A DNA stretch of 64,000 bases from an uncultured bacterium (lineage in GTDB: Bacteria > Patescibacteriota > Doudnabacteria > UBA920). Location: the NCBI GenBank assembly GCA_963749445.1, contig CAVVMJ010000010.1:117738-181737 (forward strand), in the 5' to 3' direction. The notes under the pieces were generated by a model, which was not told the DNA's origin, ran no database searches, and was given only the letters and a program-made list of their open reading frames with translations. This document shows positions 55,801-64,000 of the stretch, one piece after another; within the stretch, counting starts at the first letter, position 1; the number at the start of each line of letters is the position of its first letter. A program made the position numbers and the translations under genes.

Positions 55801-58356
55801 CCCACGCTCAATATCCCCTACCCCGGCGCTCATACTTTCGGCAACTTGGCCAGCTTCCAAAAGTTCCTCTTCCACTTCGGCCCGCGGCCGGCCGTATTTT
55901 AAGCGCGATAGTTGCCGGATGGCTTTGGCCAGTTCTTCGTTGCGGTTTTGCGGCAGCGCGTAAGTGGCCATGTTAAACGGCTTGCTGGCCGTGCCGTTAA
56001 TCATCAATTTGACGTAAGTGACGAACCGGTCAATGTTGACCAAATCAAACTGGTTAAAGGTCGGGGCAAATTCCTTGCCTAAAACTTCGGCATCCTCGGC
56101 GCCGGTGCGGAATACCACCATGGTACCGACGTTGCCGAACACGGCGTTGCGCAAATCTTTACTGGCCGCTCCCTGGGCGCCGGCCTGCTGTTCCAACTGC
56201 CCGAGATATTGGTGCGCCATAATCAAGTTCAATTTGTATTTCCTGGCTTCTGATAAGATAGACGAAAACGCGTCGGTGATAAAATTTTGGAACTCGTCCA
56301 CGTACAAATAAAAATCTTTCCGCTGCTCTTCGGGGATGTCGGCGCGCGACAGCGCCGCGATTTGGATTTTACTGACAAGGATGAGCCCCAATAACTTGGC
56401 GTTAATTTCCCCTGTCCGGCCTTTGGACAAATTAACCAACAACACCTTGCCCTCGTCCATAATTTTACGGAAGTTAAAGCCGGATTTCGGCTGGCCCACA
56501 ATGTTGCGCATCATGGCGTTTTCCACAAACCGGCCGACTTTGGAAATCAAATAGCCCAACATTTCCGATTTATGGAAGTCCGAAGTCTTGGCCATTTCTT
56601 TTTCCCAAAACAGCCGCACCACCGGGTCTTTGACTTTGGCGATTTTGTACTTTTGGAAGTCCGTGTCCGTAAAAATGCGCGGGATGTCGGTAATGGTGCC
56701 CGGGTGTTCTTCGTCGGCCATGAGCGTAAGCATGGCGTTGCGCATATTGTGCTCAAACATCGGCCCCAGCATGGCCGGATCCGTGACCAATTTGTAAAAA
56801 ATCTGGATCATTTCCTGGACCGCGAAATCCTTTTGTTCCTCGCTGTCCACTTCCAGCATGTTCAATCCCAAAGGCCGGTCCATATCAAACGGCTCAAACA
56901 CAATAATGTCCTCGGCACGTTCCTTGGGGCAGCGCGTTAAAATATCTTCCACCAAATCGCCGTGCGGGTCCACCACGCACAAACCTTCGCCGTTTTTAAT
57001 GTCCTGGATGGCCATATTGGCGAGTAGCACGGATTTGCCGCCGCCGGTGCGGCCGAGAATGTAGGTATGACGGCGGCGATCGTCGCGCGTCATGTAAATC
57101 GGTGTTTCCACGTCACGGTAAACATTTCGGCCAAGCAACAACCCTTCCTTAGCCGCGTTAATGGGCGGCGGCGCTTTTTTGGACATCAGCCATTTGATGT
57201 TAGGAGTTTCGATGAACGGCGTAGGCAAGTGCCACAGGCTGGCCAGCTCTTCGGTGTTTAAAATGTTCAAACGTCCGCTGTCTCGGAACACGCGGAAAAT
57301 ATAATCCTTCAAAATCTCGTTCTTGTCGCGGCGTTTGATTTTAAGGCCGTTAAACGGCGGCATATTAAACTGCAAAAACGCCGAAAGCAGGCTCTTCATG
57401 TGGCTTTGGGCGTTGCCTGGAGTTGGAGACGAAGTTACCAAACGGACATTGACTTTATACCCCGGGCGGCTGGCTTTTTCCTCCAGTTTTTTGACGATTT
57501 CATTTTGCATGGGCGTCAGCTGGATGGGCGAGGCGTAGCCGGATAAATCCTTATGCGCGTGCGACGGCTGGAAATTTTTGGACGAGCCGCTGCCAATACC
57601 GGCCATGGCGCGGCCAAGCGCGCGAAAAAAGCCGATAAACAACCGGTAGGCGTGCCCGCGCTCTATCATTTCGGGATTCTTGCCCTGCTGGATTTCCAGC
57701 GCCATATGCCTCGGCACGCCCTGCCAGGTGGTGCCGGCCGGCGAAAGCACAAACTGCACGGCCGCGCCCTCGTTTTCGCCGAGCTTGCTCATGGCATTGG
57801 TCAAAGAGTTCAGCGGGTCGGATTCCATTACTTTATAAGTGCGGAACGGGTAGGCGTATTTTTTGGACAGATCTAATTCTTCCACTTCAATTTTGCCGTC
57901 ATCCTGGAACGGGTTATAGCCGCGCACCTGCTCCACAAACGCGTGCGGATACTGGGCCTGGATCTGCTTTTCCACCAGCTCCTGCAAATGTTTGGGACAG
58001 TTGACGAAAAAGGAAATTTTTTTGTCCGTGCAGGCAATCTCAAAACTGTAATAATCCTTGCCCTGCAGCCAGCCCCTGCTGTGGCCGGACTCCGAAAGAG
58101 TTGCGAACAATTGCTCGGCTACGGCAATCAGCTGCTTTTTTTCCTCGATGGTAGTCTTCATGGCGTTCTGCTGGTTCTTTTCTTCCGGATTTTCTTTGGG
58201 CATCATAATTTCCAAAAACACCCAGTCCAAAGTCCTGGGCACAATGTGTTTGGTATGGTAGACGTGTCTTTTATAATAATAAAAAAGGACAGCCAAAAAT
58301 ATGACTATCAATCCAAGCAGTACTAATACGGCAATATTAAAAATCGATAATTCCAT
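55795..58356 (-). CDS. membrane-anchored TraD/TraG/VirD4-like coupling-protein ATPase (853 aa) with ~400-aa uncharacterised N-terminal domain
   Basis: N-terminal TM helix. Walker A YILGRTGGGKSVL. YLYVDEFQNF...LSEARKYKLNLIMAHQYLGQLEQQAG resembles the TraG-D_C Walker B block. Confidence 0.6.
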   Translation of the reverse strand: MELSIFNIAVLVLLGLIVIFLAVLFYYYKRHVYHTKHIVPRTLDWVFLEIMMPKENPEEKNQQNAMKTTIEEKKQLIAVAEQLFATLSESGHSRGWLQGKDYYSFEIACTDKKISFFVNCPKHLQELVEKQIQAQYPHAFVEQVRGYNPFQDDGKIEVEELDLSKKYAYPFRTYKVMESDPLNSLTNAMSKLGENEGAAVQFVLSPAGTTWQGVPRHMALEIQQGKNPEMIERGHAYRLFIGFFRALGRAMAGIGSGSSKNFQPSHAHKDLSGYASPIQLTPMQNEIVKKLEEKASRPGYKVNVRLVTSSPTPGNAQSHMKSLLSAFLQFNMPPFNGLKIKRRDKNEILKDYIFRVFRDSGRLNILNTEELASLWHLPTPFIETPNIKWLMSKKAPPPINAAKEGLLLGRNVYRDVETPIYMTRDDRRRHTYILGRTGGGKSVLLANMAIQDIKNGEGLCVVDPHGDLVEDILTRCPKERAEDIIVFEPFDMDRPLGLNMLEVDSEEQKDFAVQEMIQIFYKLVTDPAMLGPMFEHNMRNAMLTLMADEEHPGTITDIPRIFTDTDFQKYKIAKVKDPVVRLFWEKEMAKTSDFHKSEMLGYLISKVGRFVENAMMRNIVGQPKSGFNFRKIMDEGKVLLVNLSKGRTGEINAKLLGLILVSKIQIAALSRADIPEEQRKDFYLYVDEFQNFITDAFSSILSEARKYKLNLIMAHQYLGQLEQQAGAQGAASKDLRNAVFGNVGTMVVFRTGAEDAEVLGKEFAPTFNQFDLVNIDRFVTYVKLMINGTASKPFNMATYALPQNRNEELAKAIRQLSRLKYGRPRAEVEEELLEAGQVAESMSAGVGDIERGL

Positions 58357-58388
58357 TTAAAATTTATTTTGGTTTCTTGAAACTAAAT

Positions 58389-58760
58389 CTATTGAAGCTT
58401 CTGGTTTTCTAATCCTTTAACAATAGAAGCCGCGTTAGCCTCATCGATTTCCATATCTTCAAAACTGCGTTTGCCCTGAAAAAAATCGTTTAACATCTGC
58501 TTGGCTTTAACGACCAAGGGAGATTCGCTACCAGTGCCAACTCTCTCTGATTTTGAACCGTCAGCTTCTGACTTTTGCCCGGATTGAGAGACAATTTTTT
58601 CTTGTACCTCTCTCCTAGCAGTCGTCGATCTTTTTTTACGGGCAAGAGCTTCCAGGTCTTCCGGCGTCATGTTTGCGGCAATATCAGGATTTAAAAAATC
58701 AGCCCGTTCGCCGTCTTGGGGACTAAAGTTTTCCTGTCGATTTAAGTTGGTAGCAACCAT
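58389..58760 (-). CDS. hypothetical protein (123 aa, charged)
   Basis: ORF only. Confidence 0.4.
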   Translation of the reverse strand: MVATNLNRQENFSPQDGERADFLNPDIAANMTPEDLEALARKKRSTTARREVQEKIVSQSGQKSEADGSKSERVGTGSESPLVVKAKQMLNDFFQGKRSFEDMEIDEANAASIVKGLENQKLQ

Positions 58761-58914
58761 GAAATCTTAATTTCCTAATGTTTATTATATCACAAACCAC
58801 CCATATAACCAAATATTATAGGCCTTTTTGGGCTTTTTGTCAACTCTGTGTGGGCCACAATCTCTGGTGTGTCATCCCGGCCTCCGAGCCGGAATCCAGA
58901 ATGACGCTTTTACC

Positions 58915-58975
58915 TGGATCCCGGATATTTTTTGCGGCTCACGATGTGCGTCTACACAAAAAATTCCGGGATGAC
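58915..58975. repeat. hairpin direct repeat B (ggatcccggatatttttt...aaaaaattccgggatgaca)
   Basis: A near-identical direct copy at 59409-59467 lies on the other side of the zincin gene. Confidence 0.7.
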
Positions 58976-59015
58976 ATTAGTGTCAAGGGTCACCCTTGAC
59001 ACTACTTGACACTAA

Positions 59016-59381
59016 TTAAACCTTACCTTCTTTTTGCCATTTTTGCTCCAGTTTGCGGATTTGGGGTTCGTCAAAACCAAAATGGTGCCCGATTTCGTGC
59101 CAGACCACACGGCGAACTAAGTTTGGGATGTCCTGATCACCACCGGCAAATTTTTCTATCGTGCCTTTCCAAATAGTAATTTTATCCGGTAACACGCCGC
59201 CCATTCCGTAAGTTGAGCCGCGGTTTAATTGCGACACGCCGTGATACAGCCCAAACAAAGAATTATTCGGCGATTCCCCTTCTTCCATAGTAATTTCCAC
59301 ATTATCCAACTTCGCCCGAATATTCTCCGGCAACGCCGCCACCGCTTCGGTGATTAGGTTTTCAAATTCTGTTGACGTCAT
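59016..59381 (-). CDS. zincin-like minimal metallopeptidase (HExxH)
   Basis: ...VVWHEIGHHFGFDE... in a ~120-aa protein. Confidence 0.6.
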   Translation of the reverse strand: MTSTEFENLITEAVAALPENIRAKLDNVEITMEEGESPNNSLFGLYHGVSQLNRGSTYGMGGVLPDKITIWKGTIEKFAGGDQDIPNLVRRVVWHEIGHHFGFDEPQIRKLEQKWQKEGKV

Positions 59382-59408
59382 ACATAAGTCCTTTTTTCAG
59401 GATCCCGG

Positions 59409-59467
59409 ATATTTTTTCGACTGACGATATTCCCAAACGAAAAAATTCCGGGATGACAATTTATACA
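59409..59467. repeat. hairpin direct repeat B'
   Basis: ggatcccggatattttttcgactgacgatattcccaaacgaaaaaattccgggatgaca. Confidence 0.7.
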
Positions 59468-59520
59468 AATTGTCATTTTAAAACCTGCCGGTATTATGGC
59501 AGGTTTGGAGGGAAATGGGA

Positions 59521-59730
59521 ATGCTGATGTTTCGACCTCTCTGTCCCTCGGATGCACTCGGGACATCTCCCCTCGCCAGGGGAGAAAGGCTCCGCGGTTC
59601 CGCGTCTTTCCGCGTAGTAATCAGCGACCGTTCAGCGGAACTAGCGCCCTCACCCGCCCCTCGGATGCACTCGGGGCACCCTCTCCCCGCCTGCTGGCGT
59701 GGCGAGGGGAAATAAGATATTCGCTTCAGC
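59521..59730. repeat. GC-rich element fragments (half-copy of the 19590-19782 element plus ctcggatgcactcgg modules)
   Basis: ctctgtccctcggatgcactcgggacatctcccctcgccaggggagaaaggctccgcgg matches the right half of 19590-19782. Confidence 0.6.
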
Positions 59731-59735
59731 GAATA

Positions 59736-61028
59736 CTAAAACCCTTCATAATCATGCATCGTCAACTGCGCTTCAATCTTTTTGATAACTTCAATAACCA
59801 CCGACACCACAATCAACAGGCCGGTGCCGCCAAAGGTTAGGGCCTGGGTGCCGGTGTAGTTTTGCATCAGCAACGGCAAAATGGCAATCAGGGCCAAAAA
59901 GAACGCGCCGGCCAGGGTGATGCGGTTTAAAACTTTGGACAGAAATTCCGCGGTCTGGGCGCCCGGGCGAAGGCCGGGGACAAAGCCGCCGTTTTTTTGA
60001 ACGTTTTCGGCAATTTCGTCCGGGTTAAATACCACCGCGGTATAAAAATAAGTAAAGGCCATAACCAGCAAAAAATACGCGGCCATATAAAACCAGCCCT
60101 GGTTGTTAAACAGGCTGATGGTTTTTTGCGCGATTTGGGAAAGCAGTACCGACTTGGCGCCCACGAAAAATTGCGCGATTAATGCTGGAAACATCATTAC
60201 CGAAATGGCAAAAATAATCGGGATGACGCCGGCCTGGTTAAGCCGCAAAGGAAGATGCGTGTTGACGCCGCCGAACAGCTTATTGCCGCGCACGCGCTTG
60301 GCGTAGGCAATAGGCACGTTGCGCTGGGCTTCGGTAACCAGCACCACGCCCGCGACCACAATCAAAATCACGGCCAAAAAGGCAATGACCGTGGGCAGTT
60401 TGGTCGGGTCATACCACTGCTGCAAAAAACCAAAACTGTTGGGCAGGCGCGCCACAATGCCGGCAAAAATGATTAAGGACGTACCGTTGCCCACGTCAAA
60501 CTCCGACATAATTTCGCCCAGCCACATCATCAGCATGGTGCCGCAAGTCACGGACAATAAAGTAATGAACCACTGAAACGGCGTAAAAACACCGAGTAAA
60601 TTGGCGCCGCCGGTCAGACTGCTGCCCTGCTGCAGCAGACGGATAGTGCCGAACGACTGCAAAACGGCCAGCGGAATGGTCAAATAGCGCGTGTACTGGT
60701 TGAGCTGGGCGCGGCCGGCCTCGCCGCCTTCTTTTTGCATTTCGGCAAACGACGGTACCACAATGGTCAACAGCTGCATCACGATGGACGCGGTAATGTA
60801 CGGGCCCACGCCGAGCATGGCAATGGAAAAATACGACAGTCCCCCGCCGGAAAAAATATCCAATAAATTAAAAAACTGGCTCTGCTGGAAAAACGATTTT
60901 AATTTGCTGGCGTCAATGCCGGGGATCGGCACATGGGCCAGGACGCGGGTCAACAGCAAAAGACCCAGCACGATGAGAATCTTGTTGCGTAAATCTTTAG
61001 TTTTCCAGATGAGGAAGAATTTGTTCAT
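59736..61028 (-). CDS. secY: preprotein translocase subunit SecY
   Basis: 10-TM protein, ...GGGLSYFSIAMLGVGPYITASI... Confidence 0.9.
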   Translation of the reverse strand: MNKFFLIWKTKDLRNKILIVLGLLLLTRVLAHVPIPGIDASKLKSFFQQSQFFNLLDIFSGGGLSYFSIAMLGVGPYITASIVMQLLTIVVPSFAEMQKEGGEAGRAQLNQYTRYLTIPLAVLQSFGTIRLLQQGSSLTGGANLLGVFTPFQWFITLLSVTCGTMLMMWLGEIMSEFDVGNGTSLIIFAGIVARLPNSFGFLQQWYDPTKLPTVIAFLAVILIVVAGVVLVTEAQRNVPIAYAKRVRGNKLFGGVNTHLPLRLNQAGVIPIIFAISVMMFPALIAQFFVGAKSVLLSQIAQKTISLFNNQGWFYMAAYFLLVMAFTYFYTAVVFNPDEIAENVQKNGGFVPGLRPGAQTAEFLSKVLNRITLAGAFFLALIAILPLLMQNYTGTQALTFGGTGLLIVVSVVIEVIKKIEAQLTMHDYEGF

Positions 61029-61133
61029 CCGCCAAAATTTTTAGTAAATAATCAACAAGCTTATTAAACCCATCCGTCTAAAATATATTATAGCTGATAA
61101 TAAAACTTTATAAAAATTTAGGCGGATAAATAT
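61029..61133. repeat. intergenic hairpin in the r-protein operon (secY-rplO spacer)
   Basis: ccgccaaaatttttag...taaaaatttaggcgg. Confidence 0.55.
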
Positions 61134-61568
61134 CTAAATTACCTTCCCGCCCAACTTCTCCACTACTGCGCGGACTGATTTTGAAGTAGGGAGCTTGATA
61201 ATCAGTTTTTTCTTGAGTCCGCCGCCTAAAATTTTAACCTTTACAGCGCTAATGTCAACAATTTTTTTGTCGCGCAACGCTTTTAAGTCAACCGTCGCGC
61301 CATCGGCAAAGGCCGACAACCGGCTCAAGGAAACCGGCGTGGCTTTATCCGATAAAGCGCGGAAACCGCGCAGCTTGGGCAATTGCCTGACTAACGGCTG
61401 GCGGCCGCCTTCAAACTGGGCCGGCATTTTGCTGTGGCCGGTACGGGCCGTCTGGCCCTTGCCGCCGCGCGTGCTGTATGTGCCGTGGCCTGAGCCAAGT
61501 CCCCTACCGACAACTTTACGCCGGTGCATGGATTTGGGATTTTTATGGAGATTATGTAATTTCAGCAT
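61134..61568 (-). CDS. rplO: 50S ribosomal protein L15
   Basis: ...RRKVVGRGLGSGHGTYSTRGGKGQ... Confidence 0.9.
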   Translation of the reverse strand: MLKLHNLHKNPKSMHRRKVVGRGLGSGHGTYSTRGGKGQTARTGHSKMPAQFEGGRQPLVRQLPKLRGFRALSDKATPVSLSRLSAFADGATVDLKALRDKKIVDISAVKVKILGGGLKKKLIIKLPTSKSVRAVVEKLGGKVI

Positions 61569-61665
61569 ATAACCTGCTACCTATTTCTACTATATTTCCA
61601 TATATTTCTATCTTATTTCTGAAACACGATGGAAATAAAATAGAAATAAAGTTGAAACACAGTTG
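61569..61665. repeat. atttct-word palindrome (rplO-rpsE spacer)
   Basis: tatttctactatatttccatatatttctatcttatttct gaaacacg atggaaataaaatagaaataaagttgaaa. Confidence 0.65.
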
Positions 61666-62172
61666 TTACTTTCTCATCTCAGATAATTCTTTCTTGCTCT
61701 TCATCTGCGAAAAAGCCAAAAACACGGCTTTAACGTTATTAACTTTATTATTAGAGCCGAGCATTTTGGAGACCACGTTTCTCACGCCGGCCAAATCCAT
61801 CACGCTGCGCACGGCTCCGCCGGCAATGACGCCGCTGCCGGGCTTGGCCGGCTTAAGCATTAAGCTGGAAGATTTATATTTAACCAAAAGCTGATGCGGG
61901 ATGGTGTCGTTGACCAAAGGCAGGGTAACCATATTCTTTTTGGCCGCGTTAACCGCTTTGTTGACGCTCTCGGCCACGTCCGCGCCTTTTTTTAGGCCCA
62001 TACCGACTTTGCCTTTGTGGTCGCCAATAACCACCAAAGCGCGGAAACGCATGCGCTTGCCGCCAGCGACCACGCGGGTGACGCGCTTGACTTCCACGAC
62101 TTTTTGGTCAAATTCATTGCGTTCGCGCTGGGCGTCGCCTTCCTGTCTTGATTGTCGTCTTCGTTTTTCCAT
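61666..62172 (-). CDS. rpsE: 30S ribosomal protein S5 (no L30 gene follows)
   Basis: ...VVKVTRVVAGGKRMRFRALVVIGD... Confidence 0.9.
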   Translation of the reverse strand: MEKRRRQSRQEGDAQRERNEFDQKVVEVKRVTRVVAGGKRMRFRALVVIGDHKGKVGMGLKKGADVAESVNKAVNAAKKNMVTLPLVNDTIPHQLLVKYKSSSLMLKPAKPGSGVIAGGAVRSVMDLAGVRNVVSKMLGSNNKVNNVKAVFLAFSQMKSKKELSEMRK

Positions 62173-62258
62173 ATATTAGTTAGTAGTCAGTAGTGAGTAG
62201 ATAGTAGCCAGCAGCTGTTTGGCTACTTACTACTAACTACTTACTACCTGCTAATTGA
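62173..62258. repeat. tactaact-word palindrome (rpsE-rplR spacer)
   Basis: ttagttagtagtcagtagtgagtagatagtagccagcagctgtttggctacttactactaactacttactacc. Confidence 0.65.
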
Positions 62259-62612
62259 TTAGAACTTTAACCCACCCTCGCGTGCGCCTTCAGCCAAAGC
62301 CTTGACGCGGCCGTGGTAAGCAAAACCGCCGCGGTCAAACACCGCGCTGGCGATTTTTTTCTCCCCGGCTTTTTTTGCCAGCAACTTGCCGGTTTCCATC
62401 GCCAAACTAACCTTCTTGCCTTTGGATTTGATTTCCGAACTGGAAACCGCGGCCAAAGTCTTGCCCGCTTCGTCATCAATCAGCTGAGCGTAAATATGTC
62501 GGTTGGCGCGGTAAACCGAAAGGCGCGGGCGCTTCGCTGTGCCGCTGACCACAGACCGGACGCGGTTGTGCCTAATTGAGCGCTTAATTCGTTTGGCTTT
62601 GTGTTGATTCAT
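62259..62612 (-). CDS. rplR: 50S ribosomal protein L18
   Basis: [19 protein letters not shown]... Confidence 0.9.
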   Translation of the reverse strand: MNQHKAKRIKRSIRHNRVRSVVSGTAKRPRLSVYRANRHIYAQLIDDEAGKTLAAVSSSEIKSKGKKVSLAMETGKLLAKKAGEKKIASAVFDRGGFAYHGRVKALAEGAREGGLKF

Positions 62613-62684
62613 AAAAATAGTGAATTAGTGATTTAGAGAATTAGCGAACTAGTTTTCTAATTCTCTAGTTCTCTAATTTTCTTG
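62613..62684. repeat. gtgaattag-word palindrome (rplR-rplF spacer)
   Basis: gtgaattagtgatttagagaattagcgaactagttttctaattctctagttctctaatt. Confidence 0.65.
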
Positions 62685-63269
62685 CTACTTACCGCCTCCC
62701 ACAACCTTAACCACTTTCCCCGCTTTGCGGCGCACGACTTCATCGGAATACTTAATTCCTTTACCTTTGTACGGTTCCGGCTTTTTAAGCTCGCGGACAT
62801 TGGCTGCAAACTGGCCGACTTTTTGCTTGTCCGCGCCGAAAATGCTGATGGTATTTTTGTCAACCGCAATGGTCAGATCCTTGGGTACCTCAACCACCAC
62901 GGGATGGGAAAAGCCCAAAGACATCGTGAGTTTGCCGGGAGTCGCGGCAACCTTAAAACCCACGCCGATAACTTCCAACTTCTTTTCATAGCCTTTGGTA
63001 ACCCCGTCCACCATATTCTGGATCAAAGAGCGGAACAGCCCCCACAAGGCGCGCTCTTTTTTAACGTCCTGTTTTTGCACGCCGATCAAAACTTCCTTTT
63101 CGCCCACGCTGACGGAAACGTCCGGATGAATGGCCAAAGTCAAAACGCCCTTGGGGCCGGTGACGGTTAAAGTCTCTTCTTTTCCGGCGGAGCCGGATCC
63201 CGCTCCGCGGGACTTTTCTACCTTCACGCCGGAAGGAATGATGACTGGTTTTTTTCCTATTCTGCTCAT
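62685..63269 (-). CDS. rplF: 50S ribosomal protein L6
   Basis: MSRIGKKPVIIPSGVKV... Confidence 0.9.
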   Translation of the reverse strand: MSRIGKKPVIIPSGVKVEKSRGAGSGSAGKEETLTVTGPKGVLTLAIHPDVSVSVGEKEVLIGVQKQDVKKERALWGLFRSLIQNMVDGVTKGYEKKLEVIGVGFKVAATPGKLTMSLGFSHPVVVEVPKDLTIAVDKNTISIFGADKQKVGQFAANVRELKKPEPYKGKGIKYSDEVVRRKAGKVVKVVGGGK

Positions 63270-63362
63270 ATGTTACTAGCGTTTAGCTTTTAGCAGTTAG
63301 CGTTTAGCCACACACGAATGCCTGGCTAAATGCTAAATGCTAATGGCTAACCGCTTAATTAA
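63270..63362. repeat. ttagcg-word palindrome (rplF-rpsH spacer)
   Basis: ctagcgtttagcttttagcagttagcgtttagcc...ggctaaatgctaaatgctaatggctaaccgctta. Confidence 0.65.
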
Positions 63363-63755
63363 TTACCAAACCTGGCACACAACCTCTCCCCCGACTTTTT
63401 CCTTGCGCGCCTGCCGGTCGGTCAAAAGGCCTTTGGATGTGGACACGACGGTTAATCCCAAACCGCTGTTGGTGCGGGGAATCCTCTCCGCCGGCAAATA
63501 AATCCGCTGGCCGGGTTTGCTCACGCGCTTAATGTCGGAAATCACCGGCTGCCCGCTTGGGTCGTATTTCAAATTAATCTGCAGGGTCTTTAACCGGCCG
63601 GGCACCTCGGACACGCTGCCCACAAAACCCTCCTTTTCCAAAAGCTTGGCCAAACTGGCTTTGAATTTGGAATACGGCAAAACCGCAGCCTCTTTGCGGG
63701 CCTGTGCTGCGTTCTTGATGCGGATTATCATGTCGGCGATGGGGTCGGTGTACAT
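63363..63755 (-). CDS. rpsH: 30S ribosomal protein S8
   Basis: MYTDPIADMIIRIKNA... Confidence 0.9.
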   Translation of the reverse strand: MYTDPIADMIIRIKNAAQARKEAAVLPYSKFKASLAKLLEKEGFVGSVSEVPGRLKTLQINLKYDPSGQPVISDIKRVSKPGQRIYLPAERIPRTNSGLGLTVVSTSKGLLTDRQARKEKVGGEVVCQVW

Positions 63756-63774
63756 AATAGATTGAACAAAATTT

Positions 63775-63853
63775 TTAAATTAAATAAAATTAACAAATTG
63801 GCTGCAAAAAATTTTATTTAATTTTACTTAATTTGTAAATTTTATTTAATTCC
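63775..63853. repeat. aaattaaataaaattaacaaatt palindrome (rpsH-rpsZ spacer), gene-less form of the element around four-helix-bundle gene 10537..10905
   Basis: aaattaaataaaattaacaaatt ggctgcaaaaaatt ttatttaattttacttaatttgtaaatttt; both arms match 10498-10536 and 10903-10945. Confidence 0.7.
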
Positions 63854-64000
63854 TTACCACGAAGCTTTTGATACTCCCGGAATTTCCCCTTTGCTGGCCA
63901 ACTCCCGAAAACAAATCCTGCACAAATCAAAATCGCGCATATAACCGGCTTTGCGACCGCATTTCCAACAGCGCCGGGTCTTCCGCGTGGAAAATTTGGC
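63854..64000 (-). CDS. rpsZ: 30S ribosomal protein S14 type Z (zinc ribbon), 5' end outside window
   Basis: ...[47 protein letters not shown]. Confidence 0.8.
   Translation of the reverse strand, partial: AKFSTRKTRRCWKCGRKAGYMRDFDLCRICFRELASKGEIPGVSKASW

Noticed and set aside
61029-63853. The regularly spaced repeats might be a CRISPR array
   Set aside because: Each unit is an inverted repeat of a different sequence lying between genes. There are no identical direct repeats with unique spacers, and no cas genes.

Overview
The gene content indicates a compact Candidate Phyla Radiation (Patescibacteria)-type genome. Evidence: the rpsZ-rpsH-rplF-rplR-rpsE-rplO-secY block has no L30 gene; transketolase is split into two ORFs; the sugar-phosphate core is minimal (tpiA, rpiB, rpe, gap, pgk, gpmI, eno, galT, a PfkB kinase, two glgA paralogs and a GH57 enzyme); and a type IV pilin sits between two large repetitive surface proteins. 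Nearly all genes are on the minus strand; standard code (TGA is a stop, e.g. at the glgA end). What dominates the window is a dense, diverse repeat layer. (i) Nearly every intergenic spacer, including those inside the ribosomal-protein operon, holds a 60-110 bp imperfect palindrome built from short tandem 'words'. (ii) There are several MITE-like families with defined terminal inverted repeats. (iii) Palindromic elements sit in-frame inside coding genes (dinB x3, recJ, dnaX, rnhA, rpe tail), as Rickettsia palindromic elements do. (iv) Small genes sit in the loop or between copies of these elements: two four-helix-bundle (23S-rRNA-IVS-type) genes, two DUF559/Vsr-like endonuclease genes, a GIY-YIG gene, a TrpR-like regulator, a zincin and a histidine kinase. 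(v) One IS1595/IS1016-type IS has inserted into one of the hairpins, with a 7-bp target duplication. Reading frames are broken in mraZ, rsmH (about 7 breaks), pgk, a PKD-domain gene, the recJ N-terminus and one four-helix-bundle gene (in-frame TGA); most breaks are 1-nt homopolymer indels. One tRNA-Gln was found. No rRNA or CRISPR array was found.
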